The notes under the pieces were generated by a model, which did not search any database, was not told the DNA's origin, and saw only the letters and a program-made list of their open reading frames with translations. Shown here piece after piece: positions 1-10,398 of a stretch of 64,000 bases of DNA. Each line of letters begins with the position of its first letter. The first letter of the stretch is position 1. The translations under genes and the position numbers were made by a program. The stretch lies in NCBI RefSeq assembly GCF_002694985.1, contig NZ_NZNS01000010.1; one strand, 5' to 3'. This stretch comes from Parvibaculum sp. (GTDB lineage: Bacteria > Pseudomonadota > Alphaproteobacteria > Parvibaculales > Parvibaculaceae).

Positions 1-941
1 CAGGCGAGAACCTTGCCGGGTTCCAGCGGAAAGCCGCGCAGGAAATCGCGCGCGAACATGGGCGATTTTCCCGCGCGCTGAAGCTCCTCGATTTCGAGCG
101 CGCCCTGCCCGCAGGCGATGATGACGGTGTCGAGCGCGGACAATACCTCGCCCGGCTTGCCCGATTTCGCCACCGGCTTTGCGCGCAGAACCTTGATGCG
201 CGTCTTGTCCTTGCCCTCGCCCGCCTCGAAAAACGCGCCGGGGAAAGGCGTGAGGCCGCGGATGATGCAGTCGAGCTCCCTTGCCGGGCGCGACCAGTCA
301 ATGCGAGCTTCCGCCTTCTCGATCTTTTTTGCATAGGTGACGCCCTCTTCGGGCTGCGGCGACGGCACGAGCCCGCCGCGCGAGAGGGCAGCAAGTGCGC
401 GCACCATCAGCGATGCGCCCGTCTGCGAAAGCCGGTCGTGAAGGCTGCCTGCCGTTTCCTGCGGGCCGATTTCGGTGCGCTCGGCCAGCAGCACCGGGCC
501 CGTATCGAGGCCCTCATCCATCTGCATGACCATGACGCCCGTCTCCTTGTCGCCCGCCATGATGGCGCGCTGGATGGGCGCGGCGCCGCGCCAGCGCGGC
601 AGCAGCGAAGCATGGAGATTGAGGCAACCAAGACGCGGCGCATCGAGCACCGGCTTCGGCAGGATGAGACCATAGGCGACGACGACCGCCACATCGAGAT
701 CGAGCGAGGCAAAAGCCTCCTGCTCGGCTGCATCTTTCAGCGAGACCGGCGTGAAAACGGGAATGCCGTGATCCTCGGCAAAGCGGTGGACGGGTGAGGG
801 CTGCTCGGCCATGCCGCGGCCCGCCTTGCGCGGGGGCTGCGAATAGACGGCAACCACCTCGTGACCGGCGGCGAGAATCTCGGCGAGAACGGGAACGGAG
901 AAATCCGGCGTTCCCATAAAGGCGAGACGCAAGATGCTCAA
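1..941 (-). CDS. fmt: Methionyl-tRNA formyltransferase (3-prime end runs off the left edge of the window)
   Basis: Absent from the ORF track because there is no stop in the window. My minus-strand translation from TTG 941 (or ATG 917) reads (M)[22 protein letters not shown]...[25 protein letters not shown]...[17 protein letters not shown]. The TTG overlaps the def stop (TTGA), and def-fmt synteny is classic. Confidence 0.9.
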   Translation of the reverse strand, partial: MSILRLAFMGTPDFSVPVLAEILAAGHEVVAVYSQPPRKAGRGMAEQPSPVHRFAEDHGIPVFTPVSLKDAAEQEAFASLDLDVAVVVAYGLILPKPVLDAPRLGCLNLHASLLPRWRGAAPIQRAIMAGDKETGVMVMQMDEGLDTGPVLLAERTEIGPQETAGSLHDRLSQTGASLMVRALAALSRGGLVPSPQPEEGVTYAKKIEKAEARIDWSRPARELDCIIRGLTPFPGAFFEAGEGKDKTRIKVLRAKPVAKSGKPGEVLSALDTVIIACGQGALEIEELQRAGKSPMFARDFLRGFPLEPGKVLA

Positions 942-1459
942 GCCGGTTCCTTCTGGAGTTTCTTCTGCTTGGCGAGTTTCTTCAGCATCATGTCGCGCTT
1001 GATGCGCGAGAGATGGTCAATGAAGAGAATGCCTTTCAGATGGTCCATTTCATGCTGGAGGCAGGTGGCGAGCATCTCGTCGCACTCCTCCTCGCGTATC
1101 TCGCCCTGATAGTCGAGATAGCGCACGCAGCATTTGGCCGGGCGCTCCACTTCCTCGTAGAAATCGGGGACGGAGAGGCAACCTTCCTCGTAGACAGAGG
1201 TGTCTTCCGAGGACCAGGTGATTTCCGGGTTGATGAAATAGCGGGGCTGGGGCTCCTCGCCTTCGCGGGCGAGGTCCATCACGATGACCTGCTTGGGCAC
1301 ACCGATCTGAATGGCGGCAAGGCCGATGCCCGGCGCGGCATACATGGTCTCCAGCATGTCGTCCATGAGCGCGCGCAACTCGTCGTCCACCCGTTCAACG
1401 GGGGTCGAGACCTGTTTCAGCCGGGGGTCCGGCGCGGTGATGATTTCGCGTATGGCCAT
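938..1459 (-). CDS. def: Peptide deformylase
   Basis: 173 aa carrying the [17 protein letters not shown] and QHEMDHL metal-site motifs. Confidence 0.97.
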   Translation of the reverse strand: MAIREIITAPDPRLKQVSTPVERVDDELRALMDDMLETMYAAPGIGLAAIQIGVPKQVIVMDLAREGEEPQPRYFINPEITWSSEDTSVYEEGCLSVPDFYEEVERPAKCCVRYLDYQGEIREEECDEMLATCLQHEMDHLKGILFIDHLSRIKRDMMLKKLAKQKKLQKEPA

Positions 1460-1577
1460 GGGCTTTCAGATAAGCCCCGGTGGCTATCGGGTCAAGCGGG
1501 GGCAGGGATACCGACACAGAACCGGGACGCCAGAAGACCGGGAATCGGCCTATAGTCGGTTCAAACGGAGACAGAAA

Positions 1578-3164
1578 ATGAATGAAACGCTCATTGCCGG
1601 GCTGGTCGTCGTCGTGGCCGTCATTGTGGCGGCCTTGTTGCTCGTCTTTATTCGCCGGAAAAACGGCACGGATGCCACCGTTCTGGACGACTTGAAGACC
1701 GGGCTCGCGGAACTGAAGACCGGGCTCGCGGAACTGAAGGCCGACCTCGAGAAACTGACTGATGGCCAGAAGACCCAGGACGGACAGCTTACCGCGATCC
1801 AGAATGCGCAGTCGCAGGCCGCAGGCGAATTGACCCGCACCCTCAATGAGCGTCTGACGCAAGGTGTCGAGAGCATTCAGGCCAGCGTGCGCGCCATCGG
1901 CGAAAAGCTCGACCGGGACGTGGCGGCGATGGAGAAAAGCGCCGTCGAAGGCCGCGAAGGCCTGCGCACGCTCGTGGAACAGAAACTCGATGTCTCCACC
2001 ACGAAACATTCGGATGCCGCCACGGCGCTGCGTACCGAACTCACGCAGAATTTCGACAAGACCAGCACTCTCATTTCCCAGACGCTTCGCCAGATGGGCG
2101 GCGATCAGCAGCAGCGGCTGAACGAATTTTCCGAGAGGATCAAGGCGCTCACGGAACAGTCCGCCGAGGGGCAGGAGAAGCTGCGGCAAACCGTCGAAAC
2201 GCGACTTGAGGTTCTTCGCAAGGACAACAGCGAAAAACTCGACGAGATGCGCAAGACCGTTGACGAGAAACTGCAATCGACGCTCGAAAAACGGCTGGGT
2301 GAATCCTTCAATACGGTCAGCCAGCAGCTCAAGCATGTCCATGAAGGGCTTGGCGAGATGCAGAAGCTCGCGACCGGCGTCGGCGATCTCAAGCGCGTTC
2401 TGACCAATGTGAAAACGCGCGGCACATGGGCGGAAATCCAGCTCGGCATGCTGCTGGAAGATTATCTGACGGCAGATCAATTCGTGGTGAACGCAGCCAT
2501 GAGGCCGAACAGCTCCGAACGTGTCGAATTTGCAATCCGGTTTCCGGCGCGGGATGCGGACGGAGCGGATATGTATCTTCCCATCGACTCGAAATTTCCG
2601 CGCGAAGATTATGAGCGGCTGGTCGTTGCCGCCGAAGCCGCCGATCTCAATGCCGTGGAAGCCGCGGCCGCCGCACTCGAAACTTCGATCAGGAATTCGG
2701 CGAAGACAATCTCGGACAAATATATCAATCCGCCGCACACCACCGATTTCGCCATTCTCTTCCTGCCGACGGAAGGCCTCTTCGCCGAAGTGCTGCGCCG
2801 CCCCGGCTTCCTCGACAGGTTGCAACGCGACTACCGCGTGACGGTGGCCGGCCCGACCACGCTCTCCTCTCTGCTCAGCGCCTTCCAGATGGGTTTCCGC
2901 TCGCTTGCCATCCAGCAACGCTCCAGCGATGTGTGGAAGGTTCTGGGCGCCGTCCGCACCGAGTTTGGCAAACATGGAGCGGTTCTCGACAAGCTCAAGA
3001 GCCAGCTCAATGCCGCGTCCAACAGCGTGGATGCGCTGGGCACCCGCACAAGGGCCATGAACCGTCAACTCAAGGACGTGGAAGCCCTTCCGCTGGAGAC
3101 AGAGACACTACTGAATATCGCGGCGCCGGATGGCGAGGCCGGAGAAGACGAAGCAGCCGATTAG
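1578..3164 (+). CDS. rmuC: DNA recombination protein RmuC
   Basis: Start trimmed to MNETLIAGLVVVV (TM helix) within ORF 1311..3164. It has a long coiled-coil N-half and a nuclease-like C-half (TRGTWAEIQLGMLLEDYL, FAILFLPTEGLF). Confidence 0.85.
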   Translation: MNETLIAGLVVVVAVIVAALLLVFIRRKNGTDATVLDDLKTGLAELKTGLAELKADLEKLTDGQKTQDGQLTAIQNAQSQAAGELTRTLNERLTQGVESIQASVRAIGEKLDRDVAAMEKSAVEGREGLRTLVEQKLDVSTTKHSDAATALRTELTQNFDKTSTLISQTLRQMGGDQQQRLNEFSERIKALTEQSAEGQEKLRQTVETRLEVLRKDNSEKLDEMRKTVDEKLQSTLEKRLGESFNTVSQQLKHVHEGLGEMQKLATGVGDLKRVLTNVKTRGTWAEIQLGMLLEDYLTADQFVVNAAMRPNSSERVEFAIRFPARDADGADMYLPIDSKFPREDYERLVVAAEAADLNAVEAAAAALETSIRNSAKTISDKYINPPHTTDFAILFLPTEGLFAEVLRRPGFLDRLQRDYRVTVAGPTTLSSLLSAFQMGFRSLAIQQRSSDVWKVLGAVRTEFGKHGAVLDKLKSQLNAASNSVDALGTRTRAMNRQLKDVEALPLETETLLNIAAPDGEAGEDEAAD

Positions 3165-3324
3165 CTGTTTCCGCCCGGCGCATGCCGGGCCGGCCGATAC
3201 CTCCATATTGCCACGGTACAAACCAGCTTTTTTGAGGGACAGCGCCGCTTTCTTTGCTAGGCTCGCCACAAGCAGGGGTTGCCGAACCGCAGGGGCGGAG
3301 ACGGCATAGTGACGGGGGCAAGGC

Positions 3325-4665
3325 ATGCAGGCGCTACACGACTTCGTGGAGATGATCGACGGATATCTCTGGGGCCCGTGGATGCTCGGCGCGTTGGCGC
3401 TGACCGGCGTCTTCCTCACCATCGGGCTGCGCTTCATGCCTTGGCGGAAACTTCCCCAAGCCTTCAAGCTCGCGGTTCATCCCTCCAAAGGCCCGGGCGA
3501 CATCTCGCCCTTCCAGGCGCTGATGACGGCAATGGCCGCAACGGTCGGCACCGGCAATATCGCGGGTGTTGCGACCGCCATCTATTTCGGGGGACCGGGC
3601 GCGCTCTTCTACATGTGGGTGATCGCGCTTGTCGGCATGGCGACGAAATATTCCGAGGCCGTTTGTGCCGTCGCCTATCGCGAGGTGGACGAGCTCGGCA
3701 ATCATGTCGGCGGACCGATGTATTACATCAAGAATGGCGTCGGCGCGAAATTCCCGAAGGTTGCGCTGGTGCTTGCCCCGGCCTTCGCGATCTTCACCGC
3801 CTTTGCGGGCTTCGGCATCGGCAATGGCGTGCAGGCGAACTCGGTGGCACTGGCGCTGCGCGACACATTCGCGGTTCCCGTCGAGGTTACCGGCCTGGCG
3901 CTGATGGTCATTGTCGGCCTCGTCCTTATCGGCGGCATCCGCCGCATCGCGGATGTCGCCAGCGCGCTTGTGCCGACCATGATCGTTATCTATCTCGGCA
4001 CCGGCCTCATCATCCTCGCAATGAATTTTGCGGCAATCCCCAGCGCCGTCGCGCTCATTTTCTCTTCTGCCTTCACGCCGGTTGCAGCGGAAGGCGGCTT
4101 CCTCGGTGCCACCGTCATGCTCGCGATCCGCTGGGGTTTTGCGCGCGGCATCTTCTCCAATGAAGCGGGCCTCGGCAGTGCCGCCATCGCTCATGCGGCG
4201 GCAAAGACCGACGATCCGATCCACCAGGGCCTTGTCGGCATGCTCGGCACTTTCATCGACACGATCATCGTCTGCACGATCACCGGCCTTGTCATCATCA
4301 CGACGGGCGCATGGATGAGCGGCGAGAACGGCGCCGTTCTCACCGGCACAGCTTTCGGCAGTGCCCTGCCCTATGGCGGCGTGATCGTGACCGTCTGCCT
4401 CGCGCTCTTTGCCTTCTCCACCTTGCTCGGCTGGTCCTATTACGGCGAGCGGGCCGTCGAATTCCTGTTCGGCGTGAAAGCGATCGTGCCCTATCGCATC
4501 GTCTGGGTGCTGGCGGTGCCGGTCGGTGCAATCACCAGCCTCGACTTCGTCTGGCTGCTCGCCGATGCGCTGAATGCGATGATGGCGATCCCGAACCTGA
4601 TCGCGCTTCTCATCCTCTCGCCCGCTATCTTCGCTATGACGAAGAATTACTGGTCGAAGAACTAG
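3325..4665 (+). CDS. Alanine/glycine:cation symporter (AGCS family)
   Basis: 446-aa polytopic membrane protein. The FQALMTAMAATVGTGNIAGVATAI and SNEAGLGSAAIAHAAAKT motifs are typical of sodium:alanine symporters. Confidence 0.85.
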   Translation: MQALHDFVEMIDGYLWGPWMLGALALTGVFLTIGLRFMPWRKLPQAFKLAVHPSKGPGDISPFQALMTAMAATVGTGNIAGVATAIYFGGPGALFYMWVIALVGMATKYSEAVCAVAYREVDELGNHVGGPMYYIKNGVGAKFPKVALVLAPAFAIFTAFAGFGIGNGVQANSVALALRDTFAVPVEVTGLALMVIVGLVLIGGIRRIADVASALVPTMIVIYLGTGLIILAMNFAAIPSAVALIFSSAFTPVAAEGGFLGATVMLAIRWGFARGIFSNEAGLGSAAIAHAAAKTDDPIHQGLVGMLGTFIDTIIVCTITGLVIITTGAWMSGENGAVLTGTAFGSALPYGGVIVTVCLALFAFSTLLGWSYYGERAVEFLFGVKAIVPYRIVWVLAVPVGAITSLDFVWLLADALNAMMAIPNLIALLILSPAIFAMTKNYWSKN

Positions 4666-4689
4666 ACGCTGAATCTGGAAGGACCAGAG

Positions 4690-5289
4690 CTAGAAGGGCC
4701 GGCGTGACTTCATGGCGGCGGCCAGTGTGCCATCGTCCAGATAGTCGAGTTCACCGCCCACCGGCACGCCATGCGCGAGTCGCGAAACGGAAATGCCGAG
4801 GCCGGAAATGCGGTCGGTGATGTAATGCGCGGTGGTCTGGCCATCGACGGTCGCATTCATGGCCAGTACGACCTCCTTCACCTCGCCGCCCGAAAGCCGC
4901 TCGACCAGCTTGCCGATATTGAGGTCGTCGGGGCCGACGCCATCCAGCGCAGAGAGAACGCCGCCCAGCACATGATAGCGGCCCTTATGCGCGCCCGCGC
5001 GCTCCAGCGCCCAGAGGTCGCCCACCTCCTCCACGATGCACAGCACATGCGGGTCGCGGCGGCCATCCGCACAGATCGCGCACGGGTCTTGCGTATCGAC
5101 ATTGCCGCAGGTCGTACAGACACGCGCCTTCTCCGCCGCATCCGCCATCGCTTGGGCGAGCGGAGTGAGCAGCGTTTCCTTTTTTTTGATGAGCTGAAGC
5201 ACGGCGCGGCGCGCCGAGCGGGGGCCGAGGCCGGGCAGCTTCGCAAGCAGCGCGATCAGGCGCTCGATCTCGGGACCGGTAACGGCCAT
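4690..5289 (-). CDS. recR: Recombination protein RecR
   Basis: 199 aa with a helix-hairpin-helix N-terminus ([11 protein letters not shown]), a C4 zinc finger ([16 protein letters not shown]) and a Toprim region. ybaB-recR synteny supports the call. Confidence 0.95.
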   Translation of the reverse strand: MAVTGPEIERLIALLAKLPGLGPRSARRAVLQLIKKKETLLTPLAQAMADAAEKARVCTTCGNVDTQDPCAICADGRRDPHVLCIVEEVGDLWALERAGAHKGRYHVLGGVLSALDGVGPDDLNIGKLVERLSGGEVKEVVLAMNATVDGQTTAHYITDRISGLGISVSRLAHGVPVGGELDYLDDGTLAAAMKSRRPF

Positions 5290-5294
5290 TCGTG

Positions 5295-5612
5295 TCAGAG
5301 CCCTAGGCCGGGCGGGATCGGCAGACCGCCTGTGACGGCTTTCATCTTTTCCGCGGCCATCGCCTCGGCCTTCGTCTTCGCATCGGCGCAGGCCGCGACC
5401 ATCAGGTCTTCGAGCACTTCGCGCTCATCTTCCTTCATGAGCGAAGGATCGATAGACACTTTCTTCACCTCGCCCTTGCCCGACATGGTGACGGCGACGA
5501 GCCCGCCGCCCGCACGGCCCTCGACCTCTGCGGTCTCGAGCTCGGTCTGCAGGTCCTGCATACGGGACTGAAGCTGCTGCGCCTGCTTCATGATGTCGAA
5601 CATGTTCTTCAC
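5295..5612 (-). CDS. ybaB: Nucleoid-associated protein YbaB/EbfC
   Basis: 105 aa starting [19 protein letters not shown], lying between dnaX and recR. Confidence 0.9.
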   Translation of the reverse strand: MKNMFDIMKQAQQLQSRMQDLQTELETAEVEGRAGGGLVAVTMSGKGEVKKVSIDPSLMKEDEREVLEDLMVAACADAKTKAEAMAAEKMKAVTGGLPIPPGLGL

Positions 5613-7504
5613 GTCTGGTCGGGCTCCCTGCTGTCATAATCGGCGGCCATCGCATCGAGGTCGATGCCGGGATCGTCGGGGTCGTCGGGGTCGGCGGGTA
5701 TCACATCCTCGCCTTCGGGCAGTGCGAGATCGGGCGAACGCACATCGACGATCTCCGCGCCGGGAAAGGCGGCGAGGGCAGCCTTCACCAGCGGATCACT
5801 ACGTGCTTCTTCCTTGGCGGCTTCCTCGCGTGTTTTCGCCTGCTCGCGCAAGGTCGGCGCGACGGGCACTTCGCCTCTCGCAACGGAAACGAACCAGCGC
5901 TGGCCGGTCGCTTTCGACAGCGCCTCGGAAAGCTCGTTTGCGATCGTGTTCGGTGTGCCTTCGAGCGGCGCGATCTCGATGCGGCCCGCCTCGAAGCTGA
6001 CGACGCGCACGCCCGCTTCCAGCGCATGCTTGAGGCGGATGTTGCGCTCCTTCGCGAGCAGCGCCACCACATCCTCGATGCTCGACAGCATCAGGGTGGG
6101 CACGGCTTGCGCGGGAGCGGGGCGCGGTTCGCTGCGCAGCGACGACACGGAGCGCAGTTGCGCGCGCGGTCCATCCGACGATGGCGCCGCGGTGCGCGAT
6201 GCGCCCGGCGCACCGCCGCCAGCGCTCTTCAACTGTTCGGCGAGTTCTTCCGGGCTCGGCCCGTCCGCGACATAGGCAAGGCGGACCATGACCATCTCGG
6301 CGGCGGCAATGGGCCTTGCCGCGCCCTGCACTTCGGCGAGGCCCTTCAAGAGCATCTGCCATGTGCGCGACAAAACACGGATCGGTAGCCTCTTCGCCAT
6401 TTCGCTGCCGCGCTGGCGTTCCGTCTCCGACATGGCGATGTCCTCGCTCGCGCCGTCGACGAGTTTGAGGCGTGTCAGCCAATGCGTCAGGTCGGCGAGG
6501 TCGGAGAGCACCACGGCCGGATCGGCGCCGACATCATATTGCGCGCGAAGCTCGTTGAGCGCCCCGCCTATATCGCCCTTCATCAGAAGGTCGAAGAGAT
6601 CGAAGATGCGCGCGCGGTCGGCAAGGCCCAGCATGTCGCGCACATCGTCCTCGCGCACGCCGTTCTGCCCATGCGCAATGGCACGGTCGAGCAGCGAGAG
6701 CGAATCGCGCGCCGAACCATCCGCCGCCCGGGCGATGAGCTTCAGCGCGGCTTCTTCCGCCTCGACATTTTCCTTGCCCGCCACGCTGCCGAGCAGGCCC
6801 GCCAGCTCCTCCACCGAAAGACGGCGCAGATCGAAACGCTGGCAGCGCGAGAGTACCGTCACCGGCACCTTGCGTATTTCCGTCGTCGCGAAGATGAATT
6901 TCACATGCGCGGGCGGCTCTTCCAGCGTCTTCAGCAGGCCGTTGAAGGCCTGCTTCGAGAGCATGTGCACTTCGTCGATGATATAGACCTTGTAGCGCGC
7001 CGAAACCGGCAGGTAGCGCACGCTGTCGATGATCTCGCGAATGTCGTCGATGCCGGTGCGCGATGCCGCGTCCATTTCCATCACGTCGACATGACGCGAC
7101 TCCATGATCGCCTCGCAATGAACACCGAGCCCATCCATATGGATCGTCGGGCCGTCCACGCCCGGCTTCTCGTAGTTGAGCGCCCGGGCGAGAATGCGCG
7201 CGGTCGTCGTCTTGCCGACACCGCGCACGCCGGTCAGCATGAAGGCATGGGCGACGCGGTTGGTCTCGAAGGCGTTCTTGAGGGTGCGGACCATCGCTTC
7301 CTGCCCCACCAGGTCCTCGAAGACGCGGGGGCGGTATTTGCGGGCCAGCACCTGATAGCCGGAGGTCTCGGAGGCGGGCTCGGCAGCGGCGGCTGCCGGC
7401 GCAGGGTCATCGCCGAGGTCGAAACCGGGCTCCGTCGCCGGGTCCGGCACATGGGGCGCGTCTTCGCTCTCGTCACCCGCCAGATTTTCCACGCTGTCGG
7501 TCAT
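5609..7504 (-). CDS. dnaX: DNA polymerase III subunits gamma/tau
   Basis: Walker A (GVRGVGKTTTARILA), IIDEVHMLS and the clamp-loader fold motifs are present. Start moved to MTDSVENL (ATG 7504) because the longer ORF (to 7543) runs up to the 3-prime end region of the SRP RNA gene. Confidence 0.93.
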   Translation of the reverse strand: MTDSVENLAGDESEDAPHVPDPATEPGFDLGDDPAPAAAAAEPASETSGYQVLARKYRPRVFEDLVGQEAMVRTLKNAFETNRVAHAFMLTGVRGVGKTTTARILARALNYEKPGVDGPTIHMDGLGVHCEAIMESRHVDVMEMDAASRTGIDDIREIIDSVRYLPVSARYKVYIIDEVHMLSKQAFNGLLKTLEEPPAHVKFIFATTEIRKVPVTVLSRCQRFDLRRLSVEELAGLLGSVAGKENVEAEEAALKLIARAADGSARDSLSLLDRAIAHGQNGVREDDVRDMLGLADRARIFDLFDLLMKGDIGGALNELRAQYDVGADPAVVLSDLADLTHWLTRLKLVDGASEDIAMSETERQRGSEMAKRLPIRVLSRTWQMLLKGLAEVQGAARPIAAAEMVMVRLAYVADGPSPEELAEQLKSAGGGAPGASRTAAPSSDGPRAQLRSVSSLRSEPRPAPAQAVPTLMLSSIEDVVALLAKERNIRLKHALEAGVRVVSFEAGRIEIAPLEGTPNTIANELSEALSKATGQRWFVSVARGEVPVAPTLREQAKTREEAAKEEARSDPLVKAALAAFPGAEIVDVRSPDLALPEGEDVIPADPDDPDDPGIDLDAMAADYDSREPDQT

Positions 7505-7544
7505 GGAAATCGCGGGCTCCTCTACGGCTGAAAGGGGAAACAAA

Positions 7545-7645
7545 GGTGGGAGACTGGACAGCGACCCGAGCGGAACTCGTTACGGCTGCTTCCTTCCGGA
7601 TCTGACCGGGTTGGCGAGGTACTCGTCCGCGCCAGCCTCCCGAGG
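7545..7645 (-). ncRNA. ffs: Signal recognition particle RNA (4.5S-type); ends approximate
   Basis: The minus strand reads GGGAGGCUGGCGCGGACGAG...CCGGUCAGAUCCGGAAGGAAGCAGCCGUAACGAG...CUCGGGUCGCUGUCCAGUCUCCC. It contains the conserved GGUCAGxUCCGGAAGGAAGCAGCC domain-IV core closed by a long terminal helix. It occupies the canonical position upstream of dnaX. Confidence 0.85.
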
Positions 7646-7783
7646 GGACTATATCAGGGGAACGGGCCGCGGATGCAAGGTCTTGAGCCTGAATCCGTCC
7701 GCCCTCCAAGAAGATTGAGCGAATTTCCGGCCTGTGCCAGTCTGCGCCACCCCGACATTCAACAAGACAAGCCGGAAACGCCA

Positions 7784-8740
7784 ATGGCCCTGCCCGAAAA
7801 TCCCAATATTTTCGCCAACAATCCGCTCGACCGCGCAAGCTACCGCCGCACCGACCAGGCCTGGATCGACGAGCAACTCGCCAATCCCACCAGCCTCTTC
7901 GTGCCCTTCCGGCGCCTGCCGAAGCGCGACTGGGAACCTTTCGTGCTGCCGGAGGCCGTGCCGTCGCAGGGCAAGGATATCGGCTGGCTCCCCGCCTCGC
8001 TGATCCCGGAACTCGCAGGCGAGGGATGTCTCGTCTTTCTCGGCATCAACAAGCGCGGCAAGGCGCTTTTCGCGGCCGATGTGAGCGGCACGAAAAACGT
8101 GGAAGAGCACCCCGCCCTCAAGGGTCAGGGCGCCTTCGAGGATCTGCGCGGGCTTGCCATGGCAGGCGAGATCACGCCGGGCGAACTCGCAATCATGGCG
8201 CAGGCGAAATCGATGATCGACTGGCACAGCCGCCACGGCTTCTGCTCGGTCTGCGGCCACAAGAGCGAGATGGCGGAAGCCGGCTACAAGCGCCAGTGCC
8301 CCTCCTGCAAGGCGGAGCATTTCCCGCGCACCGACCCCGTCGTCATCATGCTCGCGATTCATGACGGCAAATGCTTCCTCGGACGCCAGAAAATCTGGCC
8401 GAAGGGCATGCATTCGGCGCTGGCGGGCTTTGTCGAGCCCGGCGAATCGATCGAGGAGGCAGTGGCGCGCGAGCTGGACGAGGAAGCGGGCCTCAAGGTC
8501 TCGGAGGTGAGCTATCACTCGACGCAGCCCTGGCCCTATCCCTCATCGCTGATGATCGGCTGCCATGCCGTCGCCGACAGCGACGAGTTCGAGATCGACG
8601 GCGTGGAGCTTTCTGAAGGACGCTGGTTCACACGGGAAGAAGCCAAGGCGATCATTGCCGGTCAGGGCGACGGAACGGCGTGGTTCCCTCCGCCCTTTGC
8701 CATCGCGCATCAGCTCATCAAGGCTTTTGCTGAGGGCTAG
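7784..8740 (+). CDS. nudC: NAD+ diphosphatase (NADH pyrophosphatase), Nudix family
   Basis: Zinc ribbon CSVCGHKSEMAEAGYKRQCPSC followed by the Nudix box GFVEPGESIEEAVARELDEEAGL. Start trimmed to MALPENPNIF. Confidence 0.85.
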   Translation: MALPENPNIFANNPLDRASYRRTDQAWIDEQLANPTSLFVPFRRLPKRDWEPFVLPEAVPSQGKDIGWLPASLIPELAGEGCLVFLGINKRGKALFAADVSGTKNVEEHPALKGQGAFEDLRGLAMAGEITPGELAIMAQAKSMIDWHSRHGFCSVCGHKSEMAEAGYKRQCPSCKAEHFPRTDPVVIMLAIHDGKCFLGRQKIWPKGMHSALAGFVEPGESIEEAVARELDEEAGLKVSEVSYHSTQPWPYPSSLMIGCHAVADSDEFEIDGVELSEGRWFTREEAKAIIAGQGDGTAWFPPPFAIAHQLIKAFAEG

Positions 8741-9401
8741 GCAGAAGAATACTGCGACGGCGAAGCGCGGTATGGGCTGCAATGAAAAAGCAGAGCGTCC
8801 CGATAAGCTCGGCGCTCTCCTCCAGCATGAGGTTTGCTCCCTTGTCCGCGAACAAGAATTCCTTGTCGCCAAGATCGCCCAGAAGATAGGCAGCCAGACC
8901 TGCGGCCATCCATCGGCCCGCCCCCTTCAGCACCCAGGTTGCTCCCGCCCGCACCACCGGCACCGTGGCGCGGTACGAGGACACGAAGAGCAGCACGGCA
9001 AGGAAACCGGTAAAGGCGTATTTGATTTCATGCAGGAAAGACGAGACGCGCCAAGTGGCAAATCGCGTACCGTCGAATTCGATTTCGCGCATCAAAAGAG
9101 CAAGAACAAAAAGCGCAAGCCACAGAAAGGCGAGGAAGGATATCCTGTCGCCAGCCCGCACCGCTGCCGCAATGAAGAGGGCGCCGCTTGCCCAGAGAAG
9201 CATGCACTGGCTGAGTTCAATCAGTGCGTTTTCTCCATAAAGGCTGACATGGCCAAAAGAGAAGACAAGTTCAAGGCAGACGATGAATATGGCCGCACCC
9301 GCAAGCCAGTCCCCTATATGCCGGATATCGGGAACGCGAATGACAGCGGGAGCACGTTCGGTGCCGCCGTCTTCTTGCCGGAAGGTGCTGTCCACGCTCA
9401 A
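8718..9401 (-). CDS. Hypothetical polytopic membrane protein
   Basis: 227-aa ORF with about 5-6 hydrophobic segments and no motif I recognise. It does not overlap a better-supported gene except for 23 bp of convergent overlap with nudC. Confidence 0.5.
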   Translation of the reverse strand: MSVDSTFRQEDGGTERAPAVIRVPDIRHIGDWLAGAAIFIVCLELVFSFGHVSLYGENALIELSQCMLLWASGALFIAAAVRAGDRISFLAFLWLALFVLALLMREIEFDGTRFATWRVSSFLHEIKYAFTGFLAVLLFVSSYRATVPVVRAGATWVLKGAGRWMAAGLAAYLLGDLGDKEFLFADKGANLMLEESAELIGTLCFFIAAHTALRRRSILLPSPQQKP

Positions 9402-9522
9402 TACACGACCCTGCCCTGCTGTTGCGCCGGGACGACGCTACACTTAAGACACCACAGTGTCATTGATCTGTCTTGTAATAACTGCGTCACCGGGATCGGG
9501 TTCCCGGAAGCAGGTAAATTCG

Positions 9523-10398
9523 CTAGATTTTCCCGCCCGCAAGGCTCGCCCGGTAGCCATGTGCCTTATAGATTCCGAGAATCCGCAACTCGCTCGTGAA
9601 GAATTCCAGCTCTTCGAGCGCAAGGCGGACGTTGCGTGAATCCGGGTGGCCTTCGATGTCGGCATAGAACTGGCTGGCGTTGAAGCTGCCCTCGAGCTGA
9701 TAGCTTTCGAGCTTCGTCATGTTGACGCCATTGGTCGCAAAGCCGCCCATCGCCTTGTAGAGCGCGGCGGGCACGTTGCGCACGCGGAAGATGAAGCTCG
9801 TGATGACGGGCCCCTCGTCGGGCCCGGCATCGTCGGGCTCTTTCGCCATGATAATGAAGCGGGTCGTGTTGTGCTCGGCATCCTCGACATTCGGGCGCAG
9901 GACATCGAGATCGTAGATCTTCGCGGCCAGCTCCGATGCGAGCGCCGCCTGCGCCGGGTCGCCCGCTTCCGCAATCTGGCGCGCGGCGCCTGCCGTATCG
10001 GCGGCGACAATGGCCTTCAGTCCCAGCTCCCGGATCACGCGACGGCACTGGCCAAGCGCATGCACATGGCTGTGCACGGATTTTATGTCCTCGATCCTCG
10101 TTCCCTTGAGCCCGAGCAATTGGTGCCGCACGGGCAGGAAGTGTTCGCCCACGATATAGAGGCCGGTGCGGGGGATGAGGTGATGAACATCGGCAACGCG
10201 GCCCGCAAGCGAGTTCTCGATGGCGATCATGGCAAGGCGCGCGCGTCCCTCGCTCACCGCCGCGAACACATCCTCGAACGTGTCGCAAGGCAGAACCATC
10301 ATGTCGGGGAAGGCTTCGCGGCAGGCGATGTGCGAATTCGCGCCCGCCTCGCCCTGAAAGGCAATAATGTTGTCGGCAGTGGCGGTATCCGTCATCAC
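9523..10398 (-). CDS. pheA: Prephenate dehydratase
   Basis: [13 protein letters not shown]-terminus, NTTRFIIM motif and a C-terminal ACT-like region. The start is GTG 10398 or ATG 10395, overlapping the kdsB stop. Confidence 0.85.
   Translation of the reverse strand: MMTDTATADNIIAFQGEAGANSHIACREAFPDMMVLPCDTFEDVFAAVSEGRARLAMIAIENSLAGRVADVHHLIPRTGLYIVGEHFLPVRHQLLGLKGTRIEDIKSVHSHVHALGQCRRVIRELGLKAIVAADTAGAARQIAEAGDPAQAALASELAAKIYDLDVLRPNVEDAEHNTTRFIIMAKEPDDAGPDEGPVITSFIFRVRNVPAALYKAMGGFATNGVNMTKLESYQLEGSFNASQFYADIEGHPDSRNVRLALEELEFFTSELRILGIYKAHGYRASLAGGKI

Noticed and set aside
1395-3068. Very long ORFs antisense or out of frame to well-supported genes. Examples: 1395..3068, 12730..14313, 14406..16148, 16145..17419, 18272..19555, 32909..34270, 48774..49745, 53540..55276, 60035..61411.
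   Set aside because: They have the typical high-GC shadow-ORF composition (Arg/Ala/Gly/Pro-rich with no motifs). Each lies fully opposite a gene with clear family signatures. The two opposite the yejA paralogues resemble each other only because the sense genes are paralogous.
3173-3190. GCCCGGC-gcat-GCCGGGC hairpin after rmuC as an intrinsic terminator.
   Set aside because: No U-tract follows. It is at best a stabilising stem-loop and was not annotated as a terminator.
3165-3324. Possible glycine riboswitch upstream of the alanine/glycine symporter (segment ...GACGGGGGCAAGG).
   Set aside because: There is only a faint resemblance to the ACCGAAGGGGCAA core. I found no GGAGAG/CUCUGG elements. 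The ATG follows immediately, leaving no room for an expression platform.
5609-7504. Programmed -1 frameshift site in dnaX (A AAA AAG type).
   Set aside because: I did not see the heptamer (CTTTTTT on the plus strand) in the gene. Gamma, if made at all, is probably not produced by E. coli-style frameshifting.
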